From the human T2T-CHM13v2.0 reference genome, Homo sapiens, in NCBI GenBank assembly GCA_009914755.4, contig CP068257.2:36320001-36384000 (forward strand): DNA of 64,000 nt, written 5' to 3'. Numbering within the stretch: the stretch's first letter is position 1; each line of letters opens with the position of its first letter. Positions 1 to 14,035 of the stretch are shown here, piece by piece. Under the pieces are notes generated by a model. It was not told the DNA's origin, did no database searches, and saw only the letters and a list, made by a program, of their open reading frames with translations. The translations under genes and the position numbers were made by a program.

Positions 1-1666
1 TAATAAGTATCTAAAATGTTATTATTTGCAAGGTTTTGGGTTTCATCTCCTACATATGTAGGCTTTGAGCCAGTGTTCTATCACTCAGCTGTGAGAGTAT
101 GACTTATTGGCCTCAGGACTCAGCTGTGAGGATTTAAGAGATGACTGAGTGAGCAGCACTTTTATTACAGAATTCCAGGAGATGACTGTTGTTATATTCC
201 CTATATTCCCATTTATCTGGAGGTAATATTCTTTACCTGCATACCAACTTTCTAGAACCTACCACTAAATGCAAAAATAAAAGGTCTTTAAATATGAGGA
301 ATAATTTTCCCAAGGTCTTTGGGGTTAAAGCCGTGTACTTTATTGCTTATTTCTTACTGATTTTTTCTTTACATGCAACCCTAACAAACTTGATTATTTA
401 CACTTCCAGCCATGGCAAGTGAGAATAAGCAAGGTCTTGGTGAAAATACCCACTAAGAGCAGAAATACTGCTGACTAAAAAAAACAAAAAACACCAAAAA
501 AAAGCCCACTGTGTTTATTTCATGCACTGTATTAAATAACTATGATTCATCAAGAACATTTTAAATTATGTTCATTGTTCTCTTTTTAGAAAGACAGAAA
601 CTATGCTGTGCATTTTAGGATAATTTCCATTAAAATAGTTTATTTAAATTAATTTTCATGCTAGATAAGAAAGTTTGATTAGCTGGAGATAACTCATATG
701 TAACAGCAGCTGATAATGCCTAATGGCCAAGGTATTAATCTGGGACATGTACCTCTTTCCTCTTCTTCTTTGTAAACATTTATTCATGCTGCTCAATTTC
801 TTTGCATAATAGATATCTGCCTTTAGAGCCAAGTTTCTGGGAAGTATTTTTTACAGTAGCAGGTGTTTTTTAGGTCTTCTGCAGAAAACTCCCTCAGACA
901 GTATGCGGATTTTGAAAAGAAAGGGTGATGGAAAATGCTAGTCATTGTTCCTGCTTATAAAATTCCAACCAGAGTAGGGCTTTTGTTCAGGAAAACAGAA
1001 GGGGAATAATAAATGCCAAGTGGAATGATCAGATGCAATTAGAAACTTATCTGCCAAGGTAATGTGTGAGGGACGATTTGTCACTAGTCCCAAGTACTCT
1101 GTGTTATAAGCTGCAGGCTGAGTTGTCAGTTTGTTGAGAAAGGCAGCAAACCACTCCTGTCCTGCTGCAGAATCACAACTTCCAAGGGCGCCCCTGGGAG
1201 ACTGAGAGCCTTGACCTTGGGCTGGATTCCCCTGTAGTTTATTGGGAGTGGACACTGAGCAGTGAAGGCAGGAAAGACGAATATGCTTTTGGATTAGGCT
1301 GGCTGCGTTTCCGCTGAGAACAAGAGCACACAAATGTCTAGGAGGGCAGCAGGATAAGTAAACATGCAGGCCATGAAACCAGCCTGGTGGATTTTAGATT
1401 GAATTCCGCAACTAGGCTATGCGTGGGCGAAGTGGGAAGTGAGTGTTCACCTGGCAGATCCCTCTCCAGTCTTGTACAAAATTCCCACGTCATGTTAGGA
1501 GTCGATGCCTGTTCTTCCCACTTTACTATCACTGCTGGGCACAGCAGCTAGTTCCAAGCATATCTTTACTTTTCCTAAAAATATATATATATATTTTTGA
1601 AAATAGGTAACACCTACCTGCACTTGTATAAATGATTACAATATCACAAAACTAAAGAGTAAGGCA

Positions 1667-2001
<335 letters not shown>

Positions 2002-3146
2002 TCAGATATATGATATGCTATGGTTATTTAGCTGGTCATCCAATGTTGACCACTTCCATAAAGAAAATGTGGTAGATATATACTGTGGAATACTACTCAG
2101 CCATAAAAAAAAACCAAAATAATGTCTTTTGCAGCAACTTAGATGGAGCTGGAGGCCATTATGCTAAGTGAAGTAACTCGGGAATGGAAAACCAAATATT
2201 GTATTTTTTCACTGATAAGTAGGCGCTAAGCTTTGAAGACACAAAGGGGTAAGAGTGATGTAATGAACTTTGGGAACTCAGGAAGGGGAAGGTTGGGAGG
2301 GGGTGAGGAATAAAAAACTACATATTGGGTGCAGTGTTCACTGCTTGGGTAGTCGGTGCATTAAAATCCTGAGATTTTAATACCCACCAAAGAACTTATC
2401 TATGTAACCAAAAAGCACCAGTACCCCAAAAACTATTGAAATTAAAAAAATATTGACCACTTCCTTACACAGGTGGCTATAAACGTAGCTCTTACAATCA
2501 AATCCGGGCTATGCTACTATAGTTGGGTGAACTCTGGCAAATACATTCATATCTATGAATCCAACATACTCATTTATAAAATGTGGTTCATAATAGCACC
2601 TACTGCCTAGAGTTGCTATGTGAGATTAAATGAGAATTTTTTTAGCATGTTCAAGAATTTATCTCAATGTGTGTCACAGAATAAACACCCAATACCTGGT
2701 AGGCGCTACTTCTGTGACACTCTTCCTTCCCCATGCTTCACGGCACCGGCATCGTGGGGCTGTCTGCTGTCGCCATGCCTGCTGCAACAGCCTCTCGATG
2801 GCCACCCTGGAACCAGCCTGTCCCCATTCATACCCTGCTTGCAAGTTGCTGCCAAGATATTTTTTCATAGCTATATCGAGGTATAATTGACCTACCACAG
2901 ATGACTCATGTTTAAAGTGTACAATTTTATAAGTTTTGGCACAGCTACATACCTGTGAGCCAGCCCCACAATCCTGTAGTGAACCTACACATCACCCTTG
3001 GAAAGTTTCCACGTGCACCTTTGCAGCTGTTCTCTCTTGCCCTTCTCCCTACCCTCCCTTAACCAGGCAGCCACTGACTGTGGTATGCTGCTTTAGATTA
3101 ATTTGCATTTTCTAGAGTTTTATATAAATGAAACATTCAGTATAGA

Positions 3147-5402
3147 CTTTTTTTTTTTTACTGACTTGTTTCACTCTGTGTAAACATTGTGAGATTTATT
3201 CATCCTGTTTTGTGTATAGTACATTCCTTTCTTCCTCCTATTATTCTATTGCATGGACATATCAAATTTGTTTATCCATTTCTCTATTGATAAACATTTC
3301 AGTTGTTTCTGGTTTTGGTTAATATAAATCAAGCTGCTACGAACAGTTGTGTACAAGTCTTTTTAGGGACGTGTGATAATTTTTTTCTTGGATAGATACC
3401 TCGGAGTAAGTAGAATGTCTGGATCATATAGTAGGTATATGTTTAATTATTTAACAAACTGCCATACTTTTTTCCAAAATGTTTTTGTTTTGTTTTGTTT
3501 TTACCATTTTATTCCCACCAGCAGTGTAGAAGAGTTCTAATTGCTCCATATCTTTGCCAATACTTAGTATGGTCAGTCTTTTTAATTAATCAAATGGGTA
3601 CGTATCACATTGTGATTTTAATTTGCTTCCCTAACGACTAGTGATGTTGAGTATTTTTTTTCATGTGTTTATTTGCCATCTGCACATCTTTTTTATGAAC
3701 TGTCCAAATATTTTACCCATTATTAAAAGTCTGTCTTCTATTTTTTAATTTTGAAAGTTAAATATATATATATTCTGGATACAAGGGCTTTATCACATAT
3801 ATATGCTTTACAAGTATTTTCTCTGAATCTATGGTTTATCTTTTGTTGTTAACTGTAGACTACTTTTTAGAGAAGCTTTAGGTTTATGCAAAAATTGAAT
3901 AGAAAGCACTGAGTTCTCATATACTCTCCCTTTTTTCATTTCCCCTGTTATTAACATACTGTATTAGTGTGGCTCATTTGTTATAATTGATGAACCAATA
4001 GTGATACATTATTTTTAACTAAAGTCCGTAGTTTACATTTGTAACTCTTGGTGTTGTACATTCTATCTGTTTGGCTAAATGTGTAATGACATGGGTCCAC
4101 CATTATAATATCATACAGAGTCGTTTCACTGCTCTAAAAATCTGTGGTCTACTTCTTCATCCCTCCCTCCCCCAAACCCCTGGTAACCAGTATCTATTGT
4201 CTGCCTTTATTGTCTACTGTCCGCTTTTTCCAGAATGTTGTATAGCTGCAATCATACAGTATGTAGCCTTTTCAAATTGGCTTCTTTCACTTAGCAATAT
4301 GCAATTTAGTTTCCTGTGTTTCCTTTTATTAATGAACAGTATTTCCTTGTATAAATGTACCACAGTCAGTTTAGCTGTTTACCTATTAAAAGACATCTGG
4401 GTTGCTTCCAAGTTTTGGCAACTATGAATGAAGTTGCTATAAATACTCGTGTGCAGGGTTTTGTGTAGATGTAAGTTTTCAACTTGTTTGGATAAATACC
4501 AAGGAGTAAGCTTGCTGGATTGTATGGTAAGACTATGTTTAGCTTTCTAAGAAGCCATCAAATAAAAAAGGGGCCATACTATTTTGATTCTCATGTGGTT
4601 TGTCTTTTCATTCTCTGAAGTCTCTTGAAGAGCAGAAATTGTTGATTTGATGAAGCCCAATTTAACAACTTGTTGTTTTGTTTGTGCTTTTTTTGTCTTA
4701 TCTAAAAATTCTTTTGTTTATTCAAAGTCACAAAGATTTATCCTCATATTTTTTTTTCTCTAGAAGTTTTAAGTTTAGGTTATGCATGTAGGTCTAAGAT
4801 CCATTTTGAATTAAATTTGTCCATAGTGAAATGCATGATTTGTAGTTTATTTTTGTTTTTGAATGTGGATAACCAATTAATTGTTCCAGCACCATTGGTG
4901 AAGACTGTCCTTTCTTCAAGGAATTACCTTTGCATTTTATTTTTGTCAAAAATCAGTTGTCCATTCTTGTTTGGGTCTGATTCCAAACTCTCTGTTCTGC
5001 TCCATTCCTTCATGTATCTATCTACCTGCCAGTACCACACTGCTGTGGTTATTATGGTTTTATAATATTTCTTGAAATCACATAGTGTTAGCCCTCCAAC
5101 TTTATTCTTCATACTCAAAGTTGCTTTGATTATTCTAGGTTCTTTGCATTTCCAAATTAATTTCAGGATTGTTTTCTCAATTATTGCAAAAAAATCTCTC
5201 TGGGATTTTGATTGAAATTGTTTTGACTTTACAGATAAATTTGGGGAACATTTACTTTTTGAAAATATTGAGTCTTATGACCCATAAAAGAGGTTTAACT
5301 CTCCCTTTATTTGTGTCTTCTTTAATTTCTGTCAGGATTTTTTTAGTTTTCAGTTTAGAAGTTATTCACATCGCTTGTCATATTCGTCCCTAAATATCTC
5401 TT
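3147..5402 (-). mobile_element. Fragments of an older L1 LINE (3' UTR and ORF2 3' region), read antisense on the + strand, partly duplicated or rearranged
   Basis: Antisense L1 ORF2 hallmarks are present (CCAGCACCATTGGTGAAGA..., GGGTA-ATACC-AGGAGTAAG...TGCTGG, CCCACCAGCAGTGT). A T-rich start at 3147 could be the tail. The same L1 region appears twice, at about 3290-3960 and 4150-4560. Confidence 0.55.
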
Positions 5403-5790
5403 AGCCTGTTTTCTGGTGTTATAACTGCATACCTGAGACTGGGTAATTAAGAAATTGATTTCTTGCAGTCGAAGAGGCTGGAAAGTCCAAGATGGAGGGT
5501 CTGCATCTGGTGAGGGCCTTCTTGTTGTGTCACAACATGGTGGAAAGCATCACTGGGCAAGAGGACACATGAGAGAGAGTGAAACTGACTTTTATAACAG
5601 ATATCTTCTAGTGATAACTATGCCACTCCTGTGATAACCCATCCATCCATTAATTCATGAATGGATTAGTCCATTCATGAGGGCAAAGCTCTCATGACCC
5701 AATCAATTCTTGAAGGCCCAACCTCTTAATACTATTACATTGGGGATTAAGTTTCAACATGAGTTTCAGAGGAGACAAACATTAAAACCA
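5403..5790 (-). mobile_element. ERVL-MaLR-type LTR fragment (MST/THE1-like), reverse orientation
   Basis: It matches a MaLR LTR consensus in reverse, from ...CTGAGACTGGGTAATT... through ...GGGGATTAAGTTTCAACATGAGTTT. The Alu at 5801 is inserted at its end. Confidence 0.5.
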
Positions 5791-5800
5791 AAGCAGTATT

Positions 5801-6091
5801 GGCCAGGTGCCATGGCTCATGCCTGTAATCCCAGCACTTTGGGAGGCCAAGGCAGGCAGATCACCTGAGGTCAGGAGTTTGAGACCAGCCTGGCCAACAT
5901 GGTGAAACCCCATCACTACTAAAATTACAAAAATTAGCTGGGTGTGGCGGTGCATGCCTATAATCCCAGCTGCAGGAGAATTGCTTAAACCTGGGAGGTG
6001 GAGGTTGCAGTGAGCTCCACCACTGCACTCTGGCCTGGGCAACAGAGTGACAGAGGGTTGAGACTCCATCTCAAACAAGAAAAAAAAAAAA
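5801..6091 (+). mobile_element. Alu SINE
   Basis: The Alu body and poly-A tail (6079-6091) are flanked by the TSD AAGCAGTA at 5791-5800 and 6091-6100. Confidence 0.9.
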
Positions 6092-6094
6092 GCA

Positions 6095-7265
<1,171 letters not shown>

Positions 7266-7939
7266 ATAGGGCTATTCAGGGGCATTGCTAGCCTGTAAGT
7301 CATTTCCTGAAGCTCCCCTCCATCTCTCCCCTGAGCCTGGGGGTAGTGGACAATTCCAGTTCTTCCAGAATAGAAAGCTCATCTTCCTGCAATGTGCACA
7401 TTTTCACCTCATTCTCACCAGTTCTCTTTGACCTCAATCCCCAACTACTTTATTTGGATGCCTTTTCTAAGATGTGATAATGCAAACTTTCAGCTGTTCA
7501 TGCCCTTTCCTCGTAATCCATAGTCTTGTTTGTATTTGGTCTCCTTCACCTTTTCCTGGGTCCCTGGGGATCTTTGACAGCTCTCATGCAAATTCTGGTA
7601 TTTTCTAAAGTCAGAAAAGCTAGGGAGAAAATGAGAACATCCTTGTGTTGGAATCCAGTATCCTGGGGAATTAGGAATCTTGATTAGTCCAAAGAGGTAA
7701 GAAGGAAATGTCAGCTGATATTGGTGTCTGGTCTACTTAATACACAGGAGGGAAGCTGCCCTTGAAGACAGAATGAGCAAAAGCGCCTCTCCCTGATACC
7801 CCGTCTCCCTTGCCATCTTCAGTGGCAGTCTTTCCTTTTCCAGGACTCTTCCTACCAATCAATATGACAAGCCTTGGACAGTCAGCAAGCGATAGTAATA
7901 TTATGATTTTTTTGTCTTGTAATCTATTGGCTCTTACAC

Positions 7940-8035
7940 TTTAATCACCATCAGAATTGCTTGGAGGGCTTGTTAAAACACAGGTTATTGGGCCCAACTC
8001 TTAGACTTTTTGATTTATTAGGTCCAGGGTGAGGC
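7940..8035 (-). mobile_element. MER5A-like hAT-Charlie MITE fragment
   Basis: CAGAATTGCTTGGAGGGCTTGTTAAAACACAG...GGTCCAGGGTGAGGCC resembles the reverse complement of MER5A. Confidence 0.4.
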
Positions 8036-9364
8036 CTTAGGAAGGAAGAAAGAGGAGGCTGCAGAAATGTCACAATCCTGAGATCATAGACTGTCACAAG
8101 CTAGAACTACCTATGGAACAATGTCTCAAATAGGTGAATGTGTGTAGGCTTTGCGTCTGGTAACCATGGTTACCATGGGCACAGGGAGAGAAGCTTCACA
8201 CTAAAGAGTGAGCAGTAAATAACGGTGGAAGAGCCTCCTCCCGTTGTCTACAGGGAGTCTGGGCAGGGGGCTGCTGGGATACAATGCAGGGATTGTGTCT
8301 CAAGACTGTAAATGAAAGACACAATTCCTTGCTTGCGGCCTTGGTGTTCTTTGCTACTGCGGGCCTCTTGTATGGCTAACCAGTTGATCATTGTCAAGAA
8401 ATGGAATGGCTCATAGACACGCACTGCCTCCTCAGATCTCCTGGTGGTCCCTGCTGCAGGAGAGAAGACCTCAGGACTGTGAGAAAGCGGGACCACTTCT
8501 CTTAGCATGAGGACCTTAAAGAACTGGTGTAGGTTGTTAGCAGTTGTGGCAGCCTGCTGCCTTGGTTATGACATCTGGCCCTTGCTGAAATGGAGAAGGT
8601 TGAGCCCATCCCCAGGAGTTAGGATGCACAGGTGGGGAAGCTCCCAGAACTCCTTGCCTGGGAGGGAAGGCAGGTGCATAGAGTCTTGGCTTAGCCCCCG
8701 AGTCTCTCTGTGTCTGGCAGCTCTCACTGAGGACCACACACAGGCCCCAGATGCTCCACCTGGGCCTTGATCCTGTGCTCAGCTCCACCTCCCTTTACAG
8801 CAGATGCCACCTGCTCCTGCTTTTATGATCTAGCTACCAATTTCCCATTTCCCTTCTGCGTGCAAGCTGTGGAAAATCTCTCAAAGAAGATACTAGACCT
8901 TTTGTTCTAGGAAAGAATTTATATATGCTTAAAATAAAATTCCTTTTACTCTGATGGTAAAAGTTAACCTGGGCCGCTGTCCCAGACTACCTTGAGTCCT
9001 TTTAGTTTTTAAATTTTTTTTTCCCATTCATTCAGGAAGCATTTAATGAATGTCTCCTGGATACCGAGCACTGTGACGTGGAATCAACAAGAAAGGTCCG
9101 TGACTTCAGGAAGCTGAGATAGCTCACAATCTAGCCAGAGAATTGGAGATAAACAGACAATTTTAATATAATATGAAAGAACTAGGATACGTGTGTGTTC
9201 AGGGTGGTCTAGGAGCACAGAGGAAAATCTAATGCAATCAGAAAAGGCTTCTTGGAGGAGGTGGCCCCTGGGATTAGCCTGGAAATATGAATAGTATTCA
9301 CTAGTTCAGAATGGGGACAAGACATTTCAGGGAGAGGGAAAGGTATGAACAGAGGAACAAAGGC

Positions 9365-9555
9365 AAGAAATAGCAATGTGTATATGTCTGTGCATATGTG
9401 TTTGTGTCTGTGCATTCATAGGTTGTACATGTGTTTGTTACTGCATGCATATTTATGTGTGTGTACATGTGCATATGTGGATGTGTTATTGCATGTGTTC
9501 ATGTGTGCAAAAGTGTATTTGTGTGTGCATGTCTGTATGTGTGGGTGTGTGGATG
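9365..9555. repeat. Imperfect TG/TGTR-rich microsatellite (left half of a split tract)
   Basis: ATGTGTTTGTGTCTGTGCAT... low-complexity sequence. The same motif class resumes at 10305. Confidence 0.8.
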
Positions 9556-10303
9556 TGATTTGATTTGGATGTGTGTCCCTCCAAATCTCATGTTGAAATG
9601 TGATCTGCAGTGTTGGAGGTGGAGCCCAGTGGGAGGTATTGGATCATGAGGGAAGATTCCTTATGAGTGGCTTAGTGCAGGGGCTGGGGACTGGGACCGC
9701 TCTGTGGCCTGTTAGGAACCCGCCAAGCAGCAGGAGGTGAGTGGTGGGTGAGCGAGCATTACTGCCTAAGCTCCGCCTCCTGTCAGATCAGCAGTGGCAT
9801 TAGATTCTTATAGAAGCATGAACCCTATTGTAAGGTTCACAACTGCACATGCGAGGGATCTAGGCTGCAGATTTCTTATGAGAATCTAATGCCTGATGAT
9901 CTGAGGTGTAACAGTTTCATCCTGAAACTATCCCCCCACCACCATCCCTGGTCTGTGGAAAAATTGTCTTCCATGAAACCAATCCCTGGTGCCAAAAAGG
10001 TAGGGGACCACTGGCTTAGAGTATCCTCTAGTTAATGAGTGAGTTCTCACTCAGTTAGTTCATGCAAGAACTGTTTTTTAAAACTCCTCTCTCTCTTGCT
10101 TCCTCTCTTTCATGTGATGTTCTGGCTCCCTCTTTGCCTTCCGCCATGATTGTTGGCTTCCCGAGACCTCACCAGAAGCCCAGCAGATGCTGGTGCCATG
10201 CTTCCTGTACAGCCTGCAGAACCATGAGCCAAATAAACCTCTTTTCTTTATAAATTACCCAGCCTCAGGTATTCCTTTATAGCAATGCAAATGAACTAAT
10301 ACA
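9556..10303 (+). mobile_element. ERVL-MaLR solo LTR (THE1/MST-type), carrying a nested MER1-like insertion
   Basis: The LTR runs from TGATTTGATTTGGATGTGTGTCCCTCCAAATCTCAT to ...TTATAAATTACCCAGCCTCAGGTATTCCTTTATAGCAATGCAAATGAACTAATACA. A 5-bp TSD, GGATG, lies at 9551-9555 and 10304-10308. Confidence 0.6.
9678..10013 (-). mobile_element. MER1B-like non-autonomous hAT DNA transposon, about 336 bp
   Basis: Its ends form terminal inverted repeats (CAGGGGCTGGGGAC... and ...GGTAGGGGACCACTG). An 8-bp TSD, GCTTAGTG/GCTTAGAG, flanks it. The interior matches the MER1 consensus (AGCATTACTGCCTAAGCTCCGCCTCCTGTCAGATCAGC). Confidence 0.6.
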
Positions 10304-10304
10304 G

Positions 10305-10475
10305 GATGTATGTGTGCAGGTATGCATATGTGTTTGTGTCTATATGTGTATATGTGGGTGTGTGCATGTGTGTTCGTGTATTTGTGTGTGCATGTGTGTT
10401 TGTGTGTATGTATCTGTATATGTGTACATGTGTGTATGTGTTCATCTGTGTGGGTGTGTGTGAGGGCATGCATGC
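10305..10475. repeat. Imperfect TG-rich microsatellite (right half of the split tract)
   Basis: GTATGTGTGTGCAGGTATGCATATGTGTTTGTG... Confidence 0.8.
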
Positions 10476-10697
10476 CTTCACAGTGAGACTGGCAAAGGAG
10501 GGGTGGAAGCAAGGAATATGAGCAGTTCTGTATTTCTGAATCTGGTGGGGACAGATCATGGAGATCCTTGAGCACCACATTGAGAAAGCTGGCTCTGGGT
10601 TATTTTTCTAGCAACCCACTGAATGATATTTAGGGAGGTGGTACCTGATAGAAAAGGTCAGGCTGTAAACCTGGTTAAGCCTTTGGAAGTTGTCTCA

Positions 10698-10772
10698 AGT
10701 GGAGCTCCCCAGAGGCAGCGTCTGGGCAGGGTTCAGAAGCACAGAGGCAGCGCCTGGGCAGGGTTCAGAAGC
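10698..10772. repeat. Tandem duplication, about 37 bp x 2
   Basis: CAGAGGCAGCG(T/C)CTGGGCAGGGTTCAGAAGCA appears twice in tandem. Confidence 0.6.
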
Positions 10773-11253
10773 ATGTGGTTTCTAGAGGGCTGCTTTCAGG
10801 AGATGGAAGCACAGTGGAGCAGGGGATGATGCCAGGCAGGGCTGTGGTCTCAGCTGGAGCCTGCTGAAGCCTGACCCTACCAAGAGATCTGAAGGGAGAC
10901 CCCACTACAGAGCTGGTCCTGCCTGTAGGAAAGGGTGTGGCATTCTGAACCTGGAATTGGTCAGTTACTGGCTGCAGGCTGAGGAAGGGTGATGGTGAGG
11001 CGGTGCATTGATGGCCAAGGCCAATGCTCCAGAGAGAGGTCAGCTGTGAGCATTTGTCAGGCAGCGCCTGTTGGGAGGGTGCACTGCCTGGGCAAAGGGG
11101 CACCAACAACATCTAAAACAGTGCAGAGTACTTTTGTCAGTTCCCTGAGAAGTTCTAGCCTTTTGAGTTGCTTCAATTTAATGCTGGTTGCTTTAATTGA
11201 AAAAAAAATTATTTGTTCAGCATCTTCTGGGAACTAATACCCTCAATGACTAT

Positions 11254-11281
11254 GTTATTATTATTATTATTATTATTATTT
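11254..11281. repeat. (ATT)n microsatellite
   Basis: TTATTATTATTATTATTATTATTATT. Confidence 0.9.
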
Positions 11282-12839
11282 GCAGAATACTTTGCAGCTT
11301 CCACATTTGATTGCTAAATTTTTAGATTACTGTTTTGCAGTTAGTTTTATGCAAAAAATTACTTCTGTAGCATTTCAGATAGAAAAGAGACCTTCTTTTC
11401 ACCAAAGCCTTAAAAGATATTTTCAAGTTGAGTAAGATGGGCTTTGATTTGATGAAACCTCTACCTGAGAAGCCAACAATATACAGATGCAGATTCTTCC
11501 CTATGGGGCTTTGATGCACAGCTTTCCTGCCTGTAACTCATGAGGAGTGAGGATGGGGAGGCGGAGCCAATCATGAAGCCAGTCATGAAACCAGCATTTG
11601 GCTATTGTTAAAGAGAAATGATTCTGACACTTATTAAAATGGTAAGGAACACTTTATCAAGACTATTGCAATTGGGGGACACAGACAGAACTCAAATGCA
11701 AACACAGCAAGATTGAAGCCAAGAGCAGAGTGAGGGGGGTTGACACCTGAAAAATTTCAAAGAGGAGACATCCAGGTAGGGGAGGGGATTCTTCCTAAAT
11801 TGGCCTAATGGGATTCTTGCTAAAGGCACCCAGGGACCCGGACTTTAAGGGTGGCAGATCTTCTCTAAACTCATCTAGCAAAATTCTTTGCTAAAACTGG
11901 ACTTGCAAGGACAGACAAGGAAGGCCAAGGCGGAAGATTAGTGGAGAAGAGGGCTCCAAGACGCCTGCCTAAGGTCTGGCCAAGGAGGAGTCTTTATCAC
12001 CATCGTACCCCACTGCAGACATCCCAAGAATTTGTCTCTGAACCTTGAAGCTTGGAAAGCAATGGGGCTAAAAATTAGTCATCACAAAGTTAGCTTTGCC
12101 TGGAGACCCTGGAAGCTTAATACGAGGCAGACAAAACCAAAATGAAGAGCAGCCGTGACCCCACTAATCTTGAGGAAAAGCAAGGCTCAGTCTTCAAGAA
12201 TAGCAGAGATGCCGTTGTCATCTCCAGCATGATTCAGAATAGTGAGGCAGCAGGGAAGATGAAGATTGCAAGGAGTTGAAATTCCGTGGCATGGCTGTTC
12301 AGGTGCTTAGGACTTTAATTTTAAAATTTCCCAGTTTTAACCCTGTGTTATGTTCTACTTTTAGGTGCTTGGTGAAGCAGCATTTACTTGTTAAGCAGAG
12401 CATGGGACGGTTGATAGCAAAGGGGCGGCCCTGTCTTGCTGTGGGGGAGGAAACATATTCCAAAGACCACGCAGCTCTGTTGAAAAATGCCAGGAAAGGC
12501 TCAACTTGAAACACCAAGAAAATAATGTGTTTTAAATAATATCCACCTCTTCCTCAAATCTATTTTTAAAAAAACAACAACACTGGAAACTCTATCTTTA
12601 ATCTTCGATTCTTCTGGAGAAATTATCCTCCCAGGTTGCATTAGAAAAGTAGCTTATACTGCACTTAGGCCATCAGAGTAAGAGCCTGTGATGGGGTTTA
12701 TTTGTGGCTGTCTGTCACCTCTCAGGCAAACAGGCATCATCAGCTCGGTTGTAGACACAAGGCTAGGCCTGGCCCAAATATGTGGAATTTAATCACTGAT
12801 GTTTCACAGTGATGCCTGTTACTAAGTGAAAGAAGGCAG

Positions 12840-13055
12840 TCTGAAAAGGCTACATGCTGTACGATTTCAACCACCTGCCACTCTGGAAAAGGCAAAACTT
12901 CGGAGACGGTAAAGAGATCAGTAGCTTCCAGGGGTTGGGGTAGAGAAAGGGATAGATAGGCATAGCACAGAGGATTTTTGCAGCAGTGAAAATTCTCTGG
13001 GTGATACCATAATGATGGATCTATGTCATTAGCCACTTGTTCAAACCCACAGAAT
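12840..13055 (+). mobile_element. Ancient L1M-type 3'-end-like fragment (family uncertain)
   Basis: GATCAGTAGCTTCCAGGGGTTGGGGTAGAGAAAGGGAT...ATGATGGATCTATGTCATTAGCCACTTGTTCAAACCCACAGAATGCAC resembles the 3' ends of old L1 subfamilies. Confidence 0.3.
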
Positions 13056-13074
13056 GCACTCTGGGGGATAGTGA

Positions 13075-13370
13075 TGGGTCAGGTTGGGTTTTGTGTGATG
13101 GAGGCATGGAGAGCAGCAGACGCTCAACATTGACAACTCCTGGCTGTTGCACTCCGTGATGCATGCTGACTTTTGCTATTTTTTAATGGCAAAAGAACAT
13201 GCTTTGGTTTTGTTTTAGGAGGAGAGGGATTGAAGGAACCAAGGGTGGCTGTGGGGGAGATTCAGAAACTCAAGGCTAGATGGGACTTGGCTGGATTTTG
13301 GAGTTCAAGAGGTTAACAGGACTGAGTTTAGGTAAATCTGTCCTCTCCATATTGCTTGATATATTGTGGG

Positions 13371-13401
<31 letters not shown>

Positions 13402-13440
13402 TGTGTGTGAATGTTAAAAAACAATCAGTGTAAAATTTAT
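13075..13440 (+). repeat. Copy A of a ~365-bp dispersed duplicated segment containing (GT)n
   Basis: It aligns at roughly 85-88% identity with 33444-33840. Shared strings include GGGATTGAAGGAACCAAGGGT.GCTGTGG and GGAGTTCAAGAGGTTAACAGGACTGAGTTTAGGTAAAT.TGTCCTCTCCAT. Confidence 0.6.
13369..13409. repeat. (GT)n microsatellite
   Basis: GT dinucleotide run with one interruption. Confidence 0.9.
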
Positions 13441-14035
13441 CCATCATAACAAATACACCCCTCTGGTGGGGGATGTTGATAGTGGGGGAGGCTGTGCATG
13501 GGAGGGAGTGGAGGATATATGGGGAATCTCTGCATGTTTTGTTCAATTTGCCATGAACTTGAAACTGCTCTAAAAAAGAAAAATCTATTTAAAAAATATA
13601 TGCAGTACACTGTGTTAGTGGCACATGGGTTGGGAAGAGGGAATACTGGCCTTGGTTTAGGCCCATAGGAGATGTGCTTCCTTCCCATCCCCCATATTCT
13701 CTCACATAGACTTAATTACTAGGCCTGTCTTTCTACTTGTACAATCGATTCTCATTATTCCAAGCAGTTAAGTTCTGTAACATTGCCAAAAAAAGAAAAC
13801 TGAATTAGTCAATACTGAACTTCTGCTCCCAGGAGAAATCTAGGATTATGTTCCTGCGAGCCTCTGGTCACAATATCTTTGTCAGCCCATCAATACATAA
13901 CGTTGTTTTATGTGTGTTTCTGTTTAAAGACTACTTATTTATTATATATTGTTGATTAATTAACATGGAGCTCACAGCCAACAGAACTATATAACACATG
14001 CCTGAACTGAGCTCATCTTAACACATATATTTTCT

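Noticed and set aside
9345-9649. Cys-rich ORFs (MCICLCICVCVC...) suggesting a metallothionein-like or cysteine-rich peptide
   Set aside because: They are simply translations of the (TGTG/TGCA)n imperfect microsatellite. The same holds for the ORFs at 10255-10580 and 10306-10521.
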